Of a stretch of 64,000 bases of DNA, positions 12,968 through 24,831 are shown piece after piece. Position 1 is the stretch's first letter; every line of letters starts with the position of its first letter. Location: assembly GCF_009914755.1 (NCBI RefSeq), contig NC_060930.1, one strand, 5' to 3'. This DNA comes from the human T2T-CHM13v2.0 reference genome, Homo sapiens. The notes beneath the pieces are model-generated. The model saw only the letters and a list, made by a program, of their open reading frames with translations. It made no database searches and was not told the origin of the DNA. The position numbers were made by a program, and so were the translations under genes.

Positions 12968-15900
12968 TTTTTTTGTGTGTGTGTCATGGGGGTTGGTTGT
13001 ACAGATTATTTCATCACCCAGGTATTAAGCCTAGTATTCATTAGTTATTTTTCTTGATCCTATTCCTCCTCCCACCCTCTGCCCCCCGATAGCCTCCAGT
13101 GTGTGTTGTTTCCCTCAATGTGTCCATGTGCTCTCATTATTTAGCTCCCACTTATAAGTGAGAACGTGTGGTATTTGTTTTTCTGTTCCTGCATTAGTTT
13201 GCCAAGGATAATAGCCTCCAGCTGCATCATGTCCCTGCAAAGGACATGATCTTGTTCTTTTTTATGGCTGCATAATATTCCATGGTGTATATGTACCACA
13301 TTTTCTTATCCACTCTATCATTGATGGGTATTTAGGTTGATTACATATCTTTGCTATTGTGAATAATGCTGCAGTGGACATATGCATGCATGTGTCTTTA
13401 AAATAGAATGGTTTCTCTTCCTTTGGGTATATATCCAGTAATGAAATTGCTGGGTCGAATGGTATTTTATCCCTAAGTCTTGGAGTAATTGCCACACTGT
13501 CTTTCACAATGGTTGAACTAATTTACTCTCCCACCAAAAGTGTAAAAGCATTATTTTTTTCTCCACAATCTCGACAGCATCTGTTCTTTTTTGACCTTTT
13601 AATAATAGACATTCTGGCTGGTGTGAGATGGTATCTCATTATGGTTTTGATTTGCATTTCTCTAATGATCAGTGATGTTGAGCTCTTTTTCATATGTTTG
13701 TTGTCTGCATGTATGTCTTGAGAAGTGCATATATTCAGGTCCTTTGCCTACTTTTTAATGAGGTTGTTTTTTTCTTTTAAATTAGTTTGAGTTCCTTATA
13801 GATGCTGGATATTAGACCTTTGCTGGATGCATAGATTGCAAAATTTTTCTCCCATTCTGTAGATTATCTGCTTACTCTGTTCATAGCTTCTTTTGCTGTG
13901 CAGAAGCTCTTTAGTTTAATTAGATCCCACTGGTCAATTATTTGCTTTTGTTGCAGTTGCTTTTGGTGTCTTTGTTATGAAATCTTTGCCTGTGCCTGTG
14001 TCCTGAATGGTAATGCCTGGGTTTTCTTCCAGGGTTTTTATAGTTTGGGTTTTACATTGAAGTCCTTAATCCACCTTGAGACAATTTTTGTATATGGTGT
14101 AAGAAAGGGGTCCAGTTTCAATTTTCTGCATATGGCTAGCCAGTTTTCCCAATACCATTTATTAAATAGGGAGTCCTTTCCCCATTGCTCCTTTTGGTCA
14201 GGTTTGTCAAAGATATAATGGTTGTAGATGTACAGTCTTATTTCTGCGTTCTCTATTCTGTTCCATTGGTCTATGTGTCTTTTTTTTGTACCAGTACCAT
14301 GCTGTTTCAATTACTTGTAGCCGTGTAATATAAATCCAGGTAGCACGATGCCTCCAGTTTTGTTTTTTTTTTCTTAGGATTGCCTTGGCTATTCAGGCTC
14401 TTTTGGAGTTCCATATGAATTTTAAAATAGACTTTTCTAATTCTGTAAAGGATGTCAATGCTAGTTTAATGGGAATAGCATTGAATCCACAAATTTCTTT
14501 GGGAAGTATAATCATTTTCACGATAGTGATCCTTCCTATCCATGAGCTTGGAATCTTTTTCCATTTGTTTGTGTCATCTCTGATTTATTTGAGCAGTGGT
14601 TTGTAGTTCTCCTTGAAGAAGTCCTTCACTTCCCTTGTTTGCTGTATTCCTAGGTATTTTATTCTTTTTGTGGCACCTGTGAATGGGAGTTCATTAATGA
14701 TTTGGTTCCCTGCTTGTCTATTGTTGGTGTATAGGAATGCTTGTGATTCATGCACATTGATTTTATATACTGAGATTTTGCTAAATTTGCTTATCAACTT
14801 AAGAAGTTGTAGGACTCAGATAGCTGGGATGGGATTTTGTAGATAAAGGAAACCTTTGCAACCAAAGGTAGTTTGTAAGCAAAGATAGTTTGACTTTCTC
14901 TTTTCCTATTGTCATCTGCAAGCAAAGATAGATCGACTTCCTCTAATCTTATTGTCATCTTCAAGGAAAGATAGTTTGACTTCCTCTCTTCCTATTTGTA
15001 TACCCTTTATTTCTTTCTCTTGCCTCACTTCCCTGGCCAGAACTTCCAATACTATGTAGAATAGGAGTGGTGACAGAGGGCATGCTTGTCTTGTGCAGGT
15101 TTTCAAGAGGAATGCTGCCAGCTTTTGCCCATTCAGTATGATATCAGTTGTGGGTTTGTCATATATGGCTCTTCTTACTTTGAGGTATCTTACTTCAATA
15201 CCTAGTTAATTAAGAACACTTAACATAAAGTGAGGTTTAATTTTACTGAAGGCCTTTTCTATATCTATTGAGACAGTCCTGGGGTTTTTGTCTTTAGTTC
15301 TGTTTATGTGATGAATCATGTTTATTTATTTGCATATGCTTAACCAACCTTGCGTCCTGAAGATGAAGCTTACTTGATCATGGTAAATAAGCTTTTTTGA
15401 TATACCGCTGAATTCAGTTTGCCAGCATTTTATTGAGCATTTTGGCATTGATGTTCATCAATGATATCGGTCTCAAGTTTTCCTTTTGGTGATATCTCTG
15501 CCAGGTTTTGGTATCAGGATGACGCTGGCCTCATAGAATGGGTTAGGGAGGAATCTCTCTTCTTCAATTTTTTTGGAATAGTTTTAGTAGGACTGGTACC
15601 AGCTCTTCTTTGTCCCTCTGGTAATATTCATCTGGTAAGCTATTTATCACTGCCTCAATTTCAAAACTCATTATTGATCTATTCAGAGATTCAATTTCTT
15701 CCTGATTCAGTCTTGGGAGGGTGTATGTCTCCTATTTATCCATTTTTTCCTAGATTTTGTTATTTATATGTATAGAGGTGTTATAATATTCTCTGATGGT
15801 TGTTTGCATTCCTATGGGGTCAGTGACAATATCCCCCTTACCATTTCTGGTTCTTTTTATTTGAATCTTCTCTCTTTTCTTCTTTATTAGTCCAGCTAGT

Positions 15901-18900
15901 GGTCTTTTTCCTTATTTTTTCAAAAAACCAACTCCCACATTTGTTGAGCTTTTGAAGGGGTTTTTTTTTTTTTTTGTCTTTCAATCTCCTTCAGTTCAGC
16001 TCTGATCTTGGTTATTTCTTTCTTCTGTCAGTGTTAGGGTGCCTTTGCACTTGGTTCTCTAGTTTTTTTAGTTGTGATGTTAGATTATTAACTTGAGATA
16101 TTTCTAGCTTTTTGATGTGAGCATGCAGTACTATACATTTCCTTCTTAACACTGCTTTTGCTGTGTCCGAGAGAATCTGGTATGTTGTATCTTTGTTCTC
16201 ATTAGTTTCAAAGAACTTCTTGATTTCTGCCTTAATTTCATTATTTACCCAAAAGTCATTCTAGAGCAGGTTGTTCATGTAGTTAAATGGTTTTGAGTGA
16301 ATACCTTAATCTTGAGCTATAATTTGATTGTACTGTGATCCAAGAGACTGTTTCTAACTATTTTAGTTCTTCTGCATTTGCTGGGGAGTGTTTTACTTCA
16401 GATTATGTGGTCAATTTTAGAGTAAGTGCCAATTGGCAATGAGAAGAATATATATTCTGTTGTTTCTGGGTGGAGAGTTCTATAGATATCTATCAGATCC
16501 ACTTGCTCCAGAGCTGAGTTCAGGTCCTGAATATCTTTGCTAATGTTCAGACTCAATGATCTGTCTAACATTGTTAGTAGGATGTTAAAGTCTCCAACTA
16601 TTATTGTGTGGTAGTCTAAGTCTCTTTGTAGGTCTCTAAGAACTTGCTTTATGAATGTGGGTGATCCTGTGTTGGGTGAGTGCATATATATTTAAGATAG
16701 TTAGGTTTTTTTGTTGAATTGAACTCCTTACTGTTATGTAATTCCCTTCTTTGTCTCCTTTGATCTTTGTTGATTTAAACTTTGTTTTATCAGAAACTGG
16801 GATTGCGATCCCTCTTTTTTCCTGTTTTCCATTTTTTCTCCTTCCCTTTATTTTGAGACTATGTGTTTCTTTGAATATGAGATGGGTCTCTTGAAGACAG
16901 CATACTGACAGGTCTTGGTTCTTTATCCAGCTTGCCACTCTGTGTCTTTTAATTGGGGCACTTAGGCCATTTACATTTAAGGATAGTATTGTTATATGTG
17001 GATTTGATCCTGTCAACATGATGCAAGGTGGTTATTTTTCAGACTTGTTCATATGGTGGCTTCATAGTGTCACTGGTCTGTATACTTCAGCATGTTTTTG
17101 TAGTGGCTGGTAATTATTTTTCCATTCCTTTCTTCAGGGTCTCTTGTAAGGAAGGTCTTGTGGCAATGGATTCCCTCAGCATTTGCTTATCTGAAAAGGA
17201 TCTTATTCCTCCTTTACTTATGAGGCTTAATTTGGCTGGATATAAAATTTGGAGTTGAAATTTCTTTTCTTCAAGAATTTTGAATATTAGCCTCAATCTC
17301 TTCTGTCTTTTAGGATTTCCTTGAGAGGTCTGCTGTTAGTCTGATAAGCTTCCCTTTGCAGGTGACCTGGCCTTTCTCTCTGGCTGCCCTTAACATTTTT
17401 TCTGTCATTTCATCTTTGGAGAATCTGATGATGATGTGTCTTGGGGATGATCTTCTCATGGAGTATCCTACTGGGGTTCTCTGCATTTCCTGAATTTGAA
17501 TGCTGTCCTGTCTAGCCAGTTTGGGAAAGTTCTTCTGGATGATATTCTGAAGTATGTTTTCCATTCTCCAATTGCTTCCATTCTTGATTGGTGTCTCTTT
17601 CAGGTACACCAATCAGTTGTAGATTTGGTCTCTTTATATAATCCCTTATTTCTAAGAGGTTTTGTTCATTCCTTTTCATTCTTTTTAACTGTTCTTTTCT
17701 GCCTGTCTTATTTCAGACAGTCTTCAAGCTCTGAGATTCTTTCCTCTGCTGGGTCTCTTCTGCTATTAATACTTGTGACTGCATTGTGAAGTTCTTGTAG
17801 TGTGTTTTTCGGCTCTGTCAGGTCAGTTATGTTCCTCTTTATACTCACTGTTTTGGCTATCAGTACCTGCATTGTTTTATCATGATTCTTAGCATCCTTG
17901 CATTGGGTTACAAGGTGCTCCTTTGGTTCAGCAAAGTTCATTTTTATTCACATTCCGAAGCCTACTATATTAGTCTCTTTTCATGCTTCTGAAAAAGATA
18001 TACTAGAGACTGGAAAGAAAAAGAAGTTTTAATGGACTCACAGTTCCATGTGGCTGGGGAGGCCTCACAATCATGGTGGAAGGCAAGGAGGAGTAAGTCT
18101 TGTCTTATATGGATAGCAGCAGGCAAAAAGAGAAAGCTTGAGCAGGGGAACTCCTCATTATAAAAACCATCAGATCTCATGAAACTTATTCACTGTCACA
18201 AAAACAGCATGGGAAAGACCTCCCACCATGATTCAATTACTTCCCACTGGGTTCTTCCCACAACATGTGGGAATTCAAGATGGCATCTGGGTGGGGACAC
18301 AGCCAAAACACATCAATCCACCCCTCGTCCCACCCAAATCTCATGTCCTCACATTTCAAAACCAATCCTGCTTTCCCAACAGTCCCCCAAAGTCTTAATT
18401 CATTTCAGCATTAACTCAAAAGTCCACAGTCCAAAGTCTCATCTGAGACAAGGCAAGTCTCTTCCATCTATGAGCCTGGGATAAATTGGCCAAAACAAAG
18501 GGGCTACAGGCCCCATGCAAGTCCAAAATCTGGTGGGGTAGTCTAATCTTAAAGCTCCAAAATGATCTCCTTTGACTCTATGTCTCATATCCAGGTCACG
18601 CTGATGCAAGAGGTGGGCTCCCACAGCCTTGAGCAGCTCCAACCCTGTGGCTTTGCAAGGTAAAGCCTTCCTCCCAGCTGCTTTCACTAACTGGCGTTGT
18701 GTGTCTCCAGCTTCCAGGTGCACATTACAAGCTATTGGTGGATCTACTATTCTGGGCTCTGGAGGATGGTGGCCCTCTTCTCACAGTTCCTGGTGGCCCT
18801 CTTCTCACAGCTCCACTAGGCAATGTCCCTGTAGGGACTCTGTGTGGGGGCTCCAACCCCACATTTCCCTTCCACACTGCCTTAGCAGAGGTTCTCATGA

Positions 18901-21900
18901 GAGTCTGCCCCTAAGGCAAACTTCTACCTGGACATTCAGGAGTTTCCATACATCCTGTGAAATCTAGGTGGAGGCTCCCAAGCCCCAATTCTTGACAAAT
19001 GTGCACCAGCAGTCTCAACACCACGTGGAAGCTGCCAAGGTTTGAGGCTTGCACACTCTGAGGCCACGGTCCGAGCTCTATGTCGGCCCCTTTCAGCCAT
19101 GGCTGGAGCAGCTCAGATGCAGGGCACCAAGTCCCTAGGCTGCACACAACATGGGGACACTGGCCCTCTGGGCCTGTGATGGAAGGGGCTGCTGTGAAAA
19201 CCTCTGACATGCTCTGGAGATATTTTTTCACATTGTCTTGGTGATTAACATTTGGCTCCTCACTACTTATGTAAATTTCTGCAGCCAGCTTAAATTTCTC
19301 TTCAGAAAATGGGATTTTCTTTTCTATCACATTATCAGGTTGCAACTTTTGTGAATTTCTGTGCTCTGCTTCTCTTATAAATCTGAATGCCTTTAACAGC
19401 ACCAAAGTCACATCTTGAATGCTTTGCTGCTTAGAAATTTCTTCTGCCAAATGCCCTAAATCATCTCTCTCAAGTTCAAAGTTCCACAAATATTTAGAGC
19501 AGGGGCAAAATGCTGCCAGTCTCTTTGCTAAAACATAACAAGAGTCACCTTTGCTCCAGTTTCCAACAAGTTCCTAATTTCCATCTGAGATAATCTCAGC
19601 CTGGACTTTATTGTCGATATCGCTATCAGCATTTTGGACAAAGCTATTCAACAAGTCTCTAGAAAGTTCCAAACTTTCCCACATTTTCCTATCTTCTTCT
19701 GAGCCCTCCAAACTGTTCCAACCACTGCCTGTTACCCAGTTCCAAAGTCACTTCCACATTTTCAGGTATCTTTTCAGCAGAGCCCCACTCTACTGGTACC
19801 AATTTACTGTATTAGTCCATTTTCAATGTGCTGATAAAGAGGTACCTAAGACTGGGACGAAAAATAGGTTTAATGGATTCACACTTCCACGTGCCAGGGG
19901 AGGCCTCATAATCATGGCCAAGGGCAAGGAGGAACAAGTCACGTCTTACATGTATGGCAGCAGGCAAAAAGAGAGAGCTTGTGCAGGTGAACTAAAGCCA
20001 TGAGATCTTGTGAAACTTACTATCATGAGAACAGCATGAAAAAGCCATGCCCCTCATGATTCAATTACCTCCCACCATGTGCCTTCCACAACATGTGGGA
20101 ATTCAAGATGAGATTTCGGTGGGGACACAGCCAAACCCTATCACTTACTTCTGTCATTTCAGCTGTCTCAGCCTCAGCCCAGTTCTGAACTCTTGCTAGG
20201 GAGGTGTGGTCATTTGGAGGGAAGGCGGCACTATGACTTTTTGAGTTTTCAGTGGTTTTGCACTAATCCTATCTCATCTTTGTGGGCTTATCTGCCTTCC
20301 ATCTTTGATGTTGCTGATCTTTGGATGGGGTTTTTTGTTTGCTTGTTTGCTTGTTTTTGTGTTGTTTGTTTGGCTTTTAACAGTCTGTCCACTCTTCCAT
20401 AGGGCTGCTGCCGTTTGCTGGCCATCTGCTCTAGACCTTAGTCACCGCAGCTTTTCCAGTACTTGGAGGTATCACTGGTGAAGGCTGTCAAACAGCCAAG
20501 ATGGCCGCCTGCCCCATCCTCTGGGAGCTCCATCCCAGGGGGTTACTGACTGGTTGCCAGCCCAAACGTACCTGTAGGAGGTGGCTGGGGACCCCAGTTG
20601 GGGTTGGGAGTTCTCCCTAGTCAGGAGAAATGAGATCAGGGACCAGCTTAAAGAAGCAGCCTGGCTGAGTTCTAGTAGAGCAGCTGTGCTATGTTGGGGG
20701 ATCCCTTCAGCCCTGATCAGCTTGGACTCTCCAAGGCCTGCAGGCTGGACCAGCTGAGATGCCCAAACAGCAAATGTGGCAGCCCACCCCGACCCCCAAG
20801 CACTCTAGGGAGAAATTAGAACTCTGTAGGAGGTGTAACTCAAGCAGGGGTGGCTGGGAGGACCCACCCAGGGAGGAAGAATGGAATAGGGTCCCATTTA
20901 AAGCAGTCTGGCCACACCTCAATAAAGCAGCCAAGCCATGATGGGGAACTGCCTCCACCTGCATCATCTTGGACTCTAAAGCCCACAGGCTGGAATGACC
21001 AATTCACCCAAACAGCAAAGGTGGCAGACCTCCCCTCCCTGCCAGGCACTCCATCCCAGGGAGAAATAAGAACTCTGTCAGCCTAGAGTACCAGCGACGG
21101 TGGCTGTAGGCTCCAGTTGGGAGATCCCGGCCAGTGAGGAGGAATGAATCAGGGTCCTGCTTAATGTCCCAGGGAGAAATAAGAACTCTGTCCATAGAAT
21201 ACGGGCAAGGGTGGCTGGAGGCCCCAGCTGGGAGGTCCTGCCCAGTGAGGAGGAATGGATCGGGGTCCCACTTAAAGAAGCAGTCTAGCCGCATTTTGGT
21301 AAAGCAGCTGCACTTTGCTGGGGGCAGGGGTCGGGGGAAGGTCCCTTCCTCATCCAGGCCATTTGGGCTCTCCAAAGCCTGCAGCCTGTTTGGCTGAATC
21401 CTTCAAATAGTAAAGGTGGCAGCCCACCCCTCCCCCACCAAGGAGTTGGGTCCAGTCTCAGGTAAGCCACAGGCTGAGGCTGCTCAGACCCCTGCATTCA
21501 GCCCCCTTCCAAGGGGTATTATGGACCTCCGGGCTTGCCTGAGTTGCAGTCGCCTTTGCCGGGGATCCTTGGACTGGAGCATGTAAAGGTCCTGGGTCTC
21601 TGTGCTTGCTGAGCCGCTGCTCTGCTGAGACTCCACATAGCTCTGTATGTTGGACCCAAGGCCCTGGTGGAGTGGGTTCAGGAGGGGATCTCCTGATCCG
21701 AGGGTTGCAAGGATCCATGGGAGAAGCTTGGTTTCCCCGGGGGAGTTGCACATTCATTCACTGCTTCCCTTGGCTGGGGAGGGGGGTTCCCTTGCGTCCA
21801 CATTACTCCTGGGAAGCCCATCACCCTGCCCTGCTTTTCTCCATACTCCATGGGTCAAGTTGTTTTCCTGATCAATCTCAGTGTGAGTATCTGGGCATTT

Positions 21901-21990
21901 CAGTTGAAGGTGCTGTGTTTACTCAGCCCTTTCATCCCTCTCTGTATATGCCATGCACTGTAGCTGCTTCTTCACACAATTTTCTATTGT
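12968..21990 (-). mobile_element. Near-full-length L1PA13-like LINE-1 (5'UTR, ORF1, ORF2, 3'UTR; inactivated), sense to KHDRBS2, interrupted by THE1
   Basis: Minus-strand ORF fragments match L1 ORF2 endonuclease (HITILSLNVNGLSAPIKRHRVASWIK...CCLQETH at 16636-17019), reverse transcriptase ([11 protein letters not shown]) and ORF1 (ENILQNIIQKNFPKLARQ). GC-rich 5'UTR at ~20300-21990; old L1PA 3'UTR at 12975-13260; degraded TSD tggttaatgtctt/ttgctaatttctt. Confidence 0.92.
17966..20143 (-). mobile_element. Complete THE1 (MaLR) provirus: LTR 17966-18315, internal region 18316-19807, LTR 19808-20143
   Basis: Two homologous ~340-350 bp LTRs (t[g/a]tattagtc...ggggacacagccaaa..atca); THE1-int ORF remnant WNFELERDDLGHLAEEISKQQSIQ; 5-bp TSD cctac/cttac inside L1 ORF1. 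Confidence 0.95.
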
Positions 21991-21994
21991 TTTT

Positions 21995-22263
21995 GCTAAT
22001 TTCTTAATAGCAATGTTAGAAGCAAGTGGAATATCATCAATATAGTGAGAGAAAATATTTGATGACATAGAATTATATAACCAGTGATAGTATATTTAGT
22101 AACAAGGCAAAATAAAAATATTTTAGGTAAATAAAAACTGAGAGACTTACTATTAACAGACTGACAAAATGAACTTCTAAATAATGTACGTTAGGCAGAA
22201 GAAAATTTATCCAAAGAAGGTTTGCAAGCAAGAAGACATGATGAAATAAGAAAATAGAGAACA
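21995..22263 (+). mobile_element. Ancient L1M/HAL1-type ORF1 region, segment 2
   Basis: ttcttaatagcaatgttagaagcaagtggaatatcatc...agaattatataaccagtg...aaggcaaaataaaaatatttt resembles the C-terminal part of an old ORF1. Confidence 0.6.
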
Positions 22264-24815
22264 GATTGCTGGCAAGATGGTAAAATAGGAACAGCTCCGG
22301 TCTGCAGCTCCCAGCGAGATCGACGCAGAAGACGGTGATTTCTGCATTTCCAACTGAGGTACCTGGTTCATCTCATTGGGCTAGACAGTGGGTGCAGCTC
22401 ATGGAGGGTGAGCCGAAGCAGGGTGGGGTGTCACCTTACCTGGGAAGCATAAGGGATTGGGGAATTCTCTCCCCTACCCAATGGAAGCCATGAGGGACTG
22501 AGCCTGAGGAACCGTGGATGCCGGCCCAGATACTGTGCTTTTCCCACGGTCTTCACAACCTGCAGACCAGGAGATTCCCTCCAGTGCCTATGCCACCAGG
22601 GCCTTGGGTTTCAAACAAAAAACTGGGCAGCCATTCGGGTAGACACCGAACTAGCTGCAGGAGTGTTTTTTTTTTTGTTTGTTTGTTTTTTTTGTTTTTT
22701 CCCCATACTACAGTGGTGCCTGGAATGCCAGTGAGACAGAAGTGTTCCCTCCCCAGGAAAGGGGTGGGGCTGAAGCCAGGGAGCCAAGTGGTCTGGCTCA
22801 GTGGTTCTCACCTCCATGGAGCCCAGCAAGCTAAGATCCACTGGCTTGAAATTCTCGCTGCCAGCACAGAAGCAGTCTGAGATGGACCTGGGATGCTCGA
22901 GCTTGGTGGCGGTGTGGAGCGGGGTGGGCATTTGCCATTGCTGAGGCTTGAGTAGGTGGTTTTACTCTCACAGTGTTAACAGCCACTGGGAAGTTCGAAC
23001 GGGACGGAGCCCATGCAGCTCAGTAAGGCTGCTGTGGCCAGACTACCTTTCTAGATTTCTCCTCTCTGGTCAGGGCATCTCTGAAAAAAAGGCAGCAGCC
23101 TCATTCAGGGACTTATAGATAAAACACCCATCTGCCTGGGACAGAGCACCTGGGGGAAGGAGCGGCTGTGGGTGCAGCTTCAGCAGACTTAAACCTCCCT
23201 GCCTGACAGCTCTGAAGAGGGCAGTGGACCTCCCAGCATAGTGTCAGACTGCCTCCTCAAGTGGGTCTCTGACCCCCATGTATCCTGACTAGGAGACACC
23301 TCCCAGGAGAGGCTGATAGACACCTCGTACAGGAGATCTCTGGCGGGCATCTGGCAGGTGCCCCTCTGGGACGAAGCTCCCAGAGGAAAGAACAGGCAGC
23401 AATTTTTGCTGTTCTCAGCTTCTGCTGGTGATACCCAGGGAAACAGGGTCTGGAGTGGACCTCCAGCAAACTCCAGCAGACGTGCAGCAGAGGGGCCTGA
23501 CTATTAGAAGAAAAACTAACAAACAGAAAGAAATAGCACATCCACTCAGAGACCCCAACCAAAAGTCACCAACATCAAAGACCAAAGGTAGATAAATGCA
23601 CAAAGATGTGGAGAAACCAGTGCAAAAAGGCTGAAAATTCCAAAAACCAGAATGCCTCTTCTCCTCCAAAGGATCACAACTTCTCTCCAGCAAGGGAACA
23701 AAACTGGACGGAGAATGAGTTTGACGCACTGACAGAAGTAGGCTTCAGAAAGTGGGTAATAACAAATTCCTCTGAGCTAAAGGAGCATGTTCTAACCCAA
23801 TGCAAGGAAGCTAAGAACCTTGAAAAAAGGCTAGATGACTTGCTAACTAGAATAACCAGTTTAGAGAGGAACATAAATGACCTGATGGAGCTGAAAAACC
23901 AGCATGAGAACTTCGTCAAGCATACACAAGTATCCATAGCTGGATTGATCAAATGAAAGAAAGGATATCAGAGATTGAAGATCAACTTAATAAAATAAAG
24001 CGTGAAGACAAGATTAGAGAAAAAACAATGAAAAGGAATAAACAAAGCCTCCAAGAAATATGGGATTATGTGAAGAGACTAAATCTATGTTTGATTGGTG
24101 TACCTGAAAGTGATGGGGAGAATGGAACTAAGTTGGAAAACAACCTTCAGGATATTATCCAGGAGAACTTCCCCAACCTAGCAAGACAGAATAACATTCA
24201 AATTCAGGAAATACAGACAACACCACAAAGATACTCCTCAAGAAGAGCAGCCACAAGACACATCATCAGATTCACCAAGGTTGAAATGAAGGAAAAACTG
24301 TTAAGGGCAGCCAGAGAGAAAGTTTGAGCTACCCTCAAAGGGAAACTCATCAGACTAACAGCAGATCTCTCGGCAGAATCTCTACAAGCCAGAAGAGAGT
24401 GGGGGCCAATATTCAACATTTCTAAAGAAAAGAATTTTCAACTCAGAATTTCATATCCAGCCAAACTAAGCTTCATAAGCGAAGGAGAAATAAAATCCTT
24501 TACAGAAAAGCAAATGAGGAGAGATTTTGTCACCACCAGGCCTGCCTTACAAGAGCTACTGAAAGAAGCACCGCATGTTCTCACTCATAATTGGGAACTG
24601 AATCGTGAGTACACATGGACACAGGGATGGGAACATCACACACTAGGGCCTGTCAGGGGGTGGGGGGGTAGGGGAGAGATAGCATTAGGAGAAATACCTA
24701 ATGTAGGTGATGGGTTGATGGGTGCAGCAAACCACCATGGTGCGTGTATGCCTGTGTAACAAAACTGCATGTTCTGTACATATACCCCAGAACTTAAAGT
24801 ATAATAAAAAAAAGA
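22264..24815 (+). mobile_element. L1PA7/8-like element with ORF2 deleted (5'UTR + ORF1 + last ORF2 codons + 3'UTR + poly(A))
   Basis: Starts gattgctggcaagatgg. ORF1 remnants run 23606-24570 and join ccgcatgttctcactcat at 24569-24571. 16-bp TSD aagaaaatagagaaca (22248-22263) / aagaaaatagaaaaca (24816-24831). Confidence 0.93.
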
Positions 24816-24831
24816 AAGAAAATAGAAAACA

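Noticed and set aside
18911-19489. 192-aa minus-strand ORF
   Set aside because: Decayed THE1 internal ORF remnant, frameshifted midway.
14850-21440. Repeated units as a CRISPR-like array
   Set aside because: Degenerate tandem duplications inside L1 with no unique spacers and no cas genes; the context is eukaryotic.
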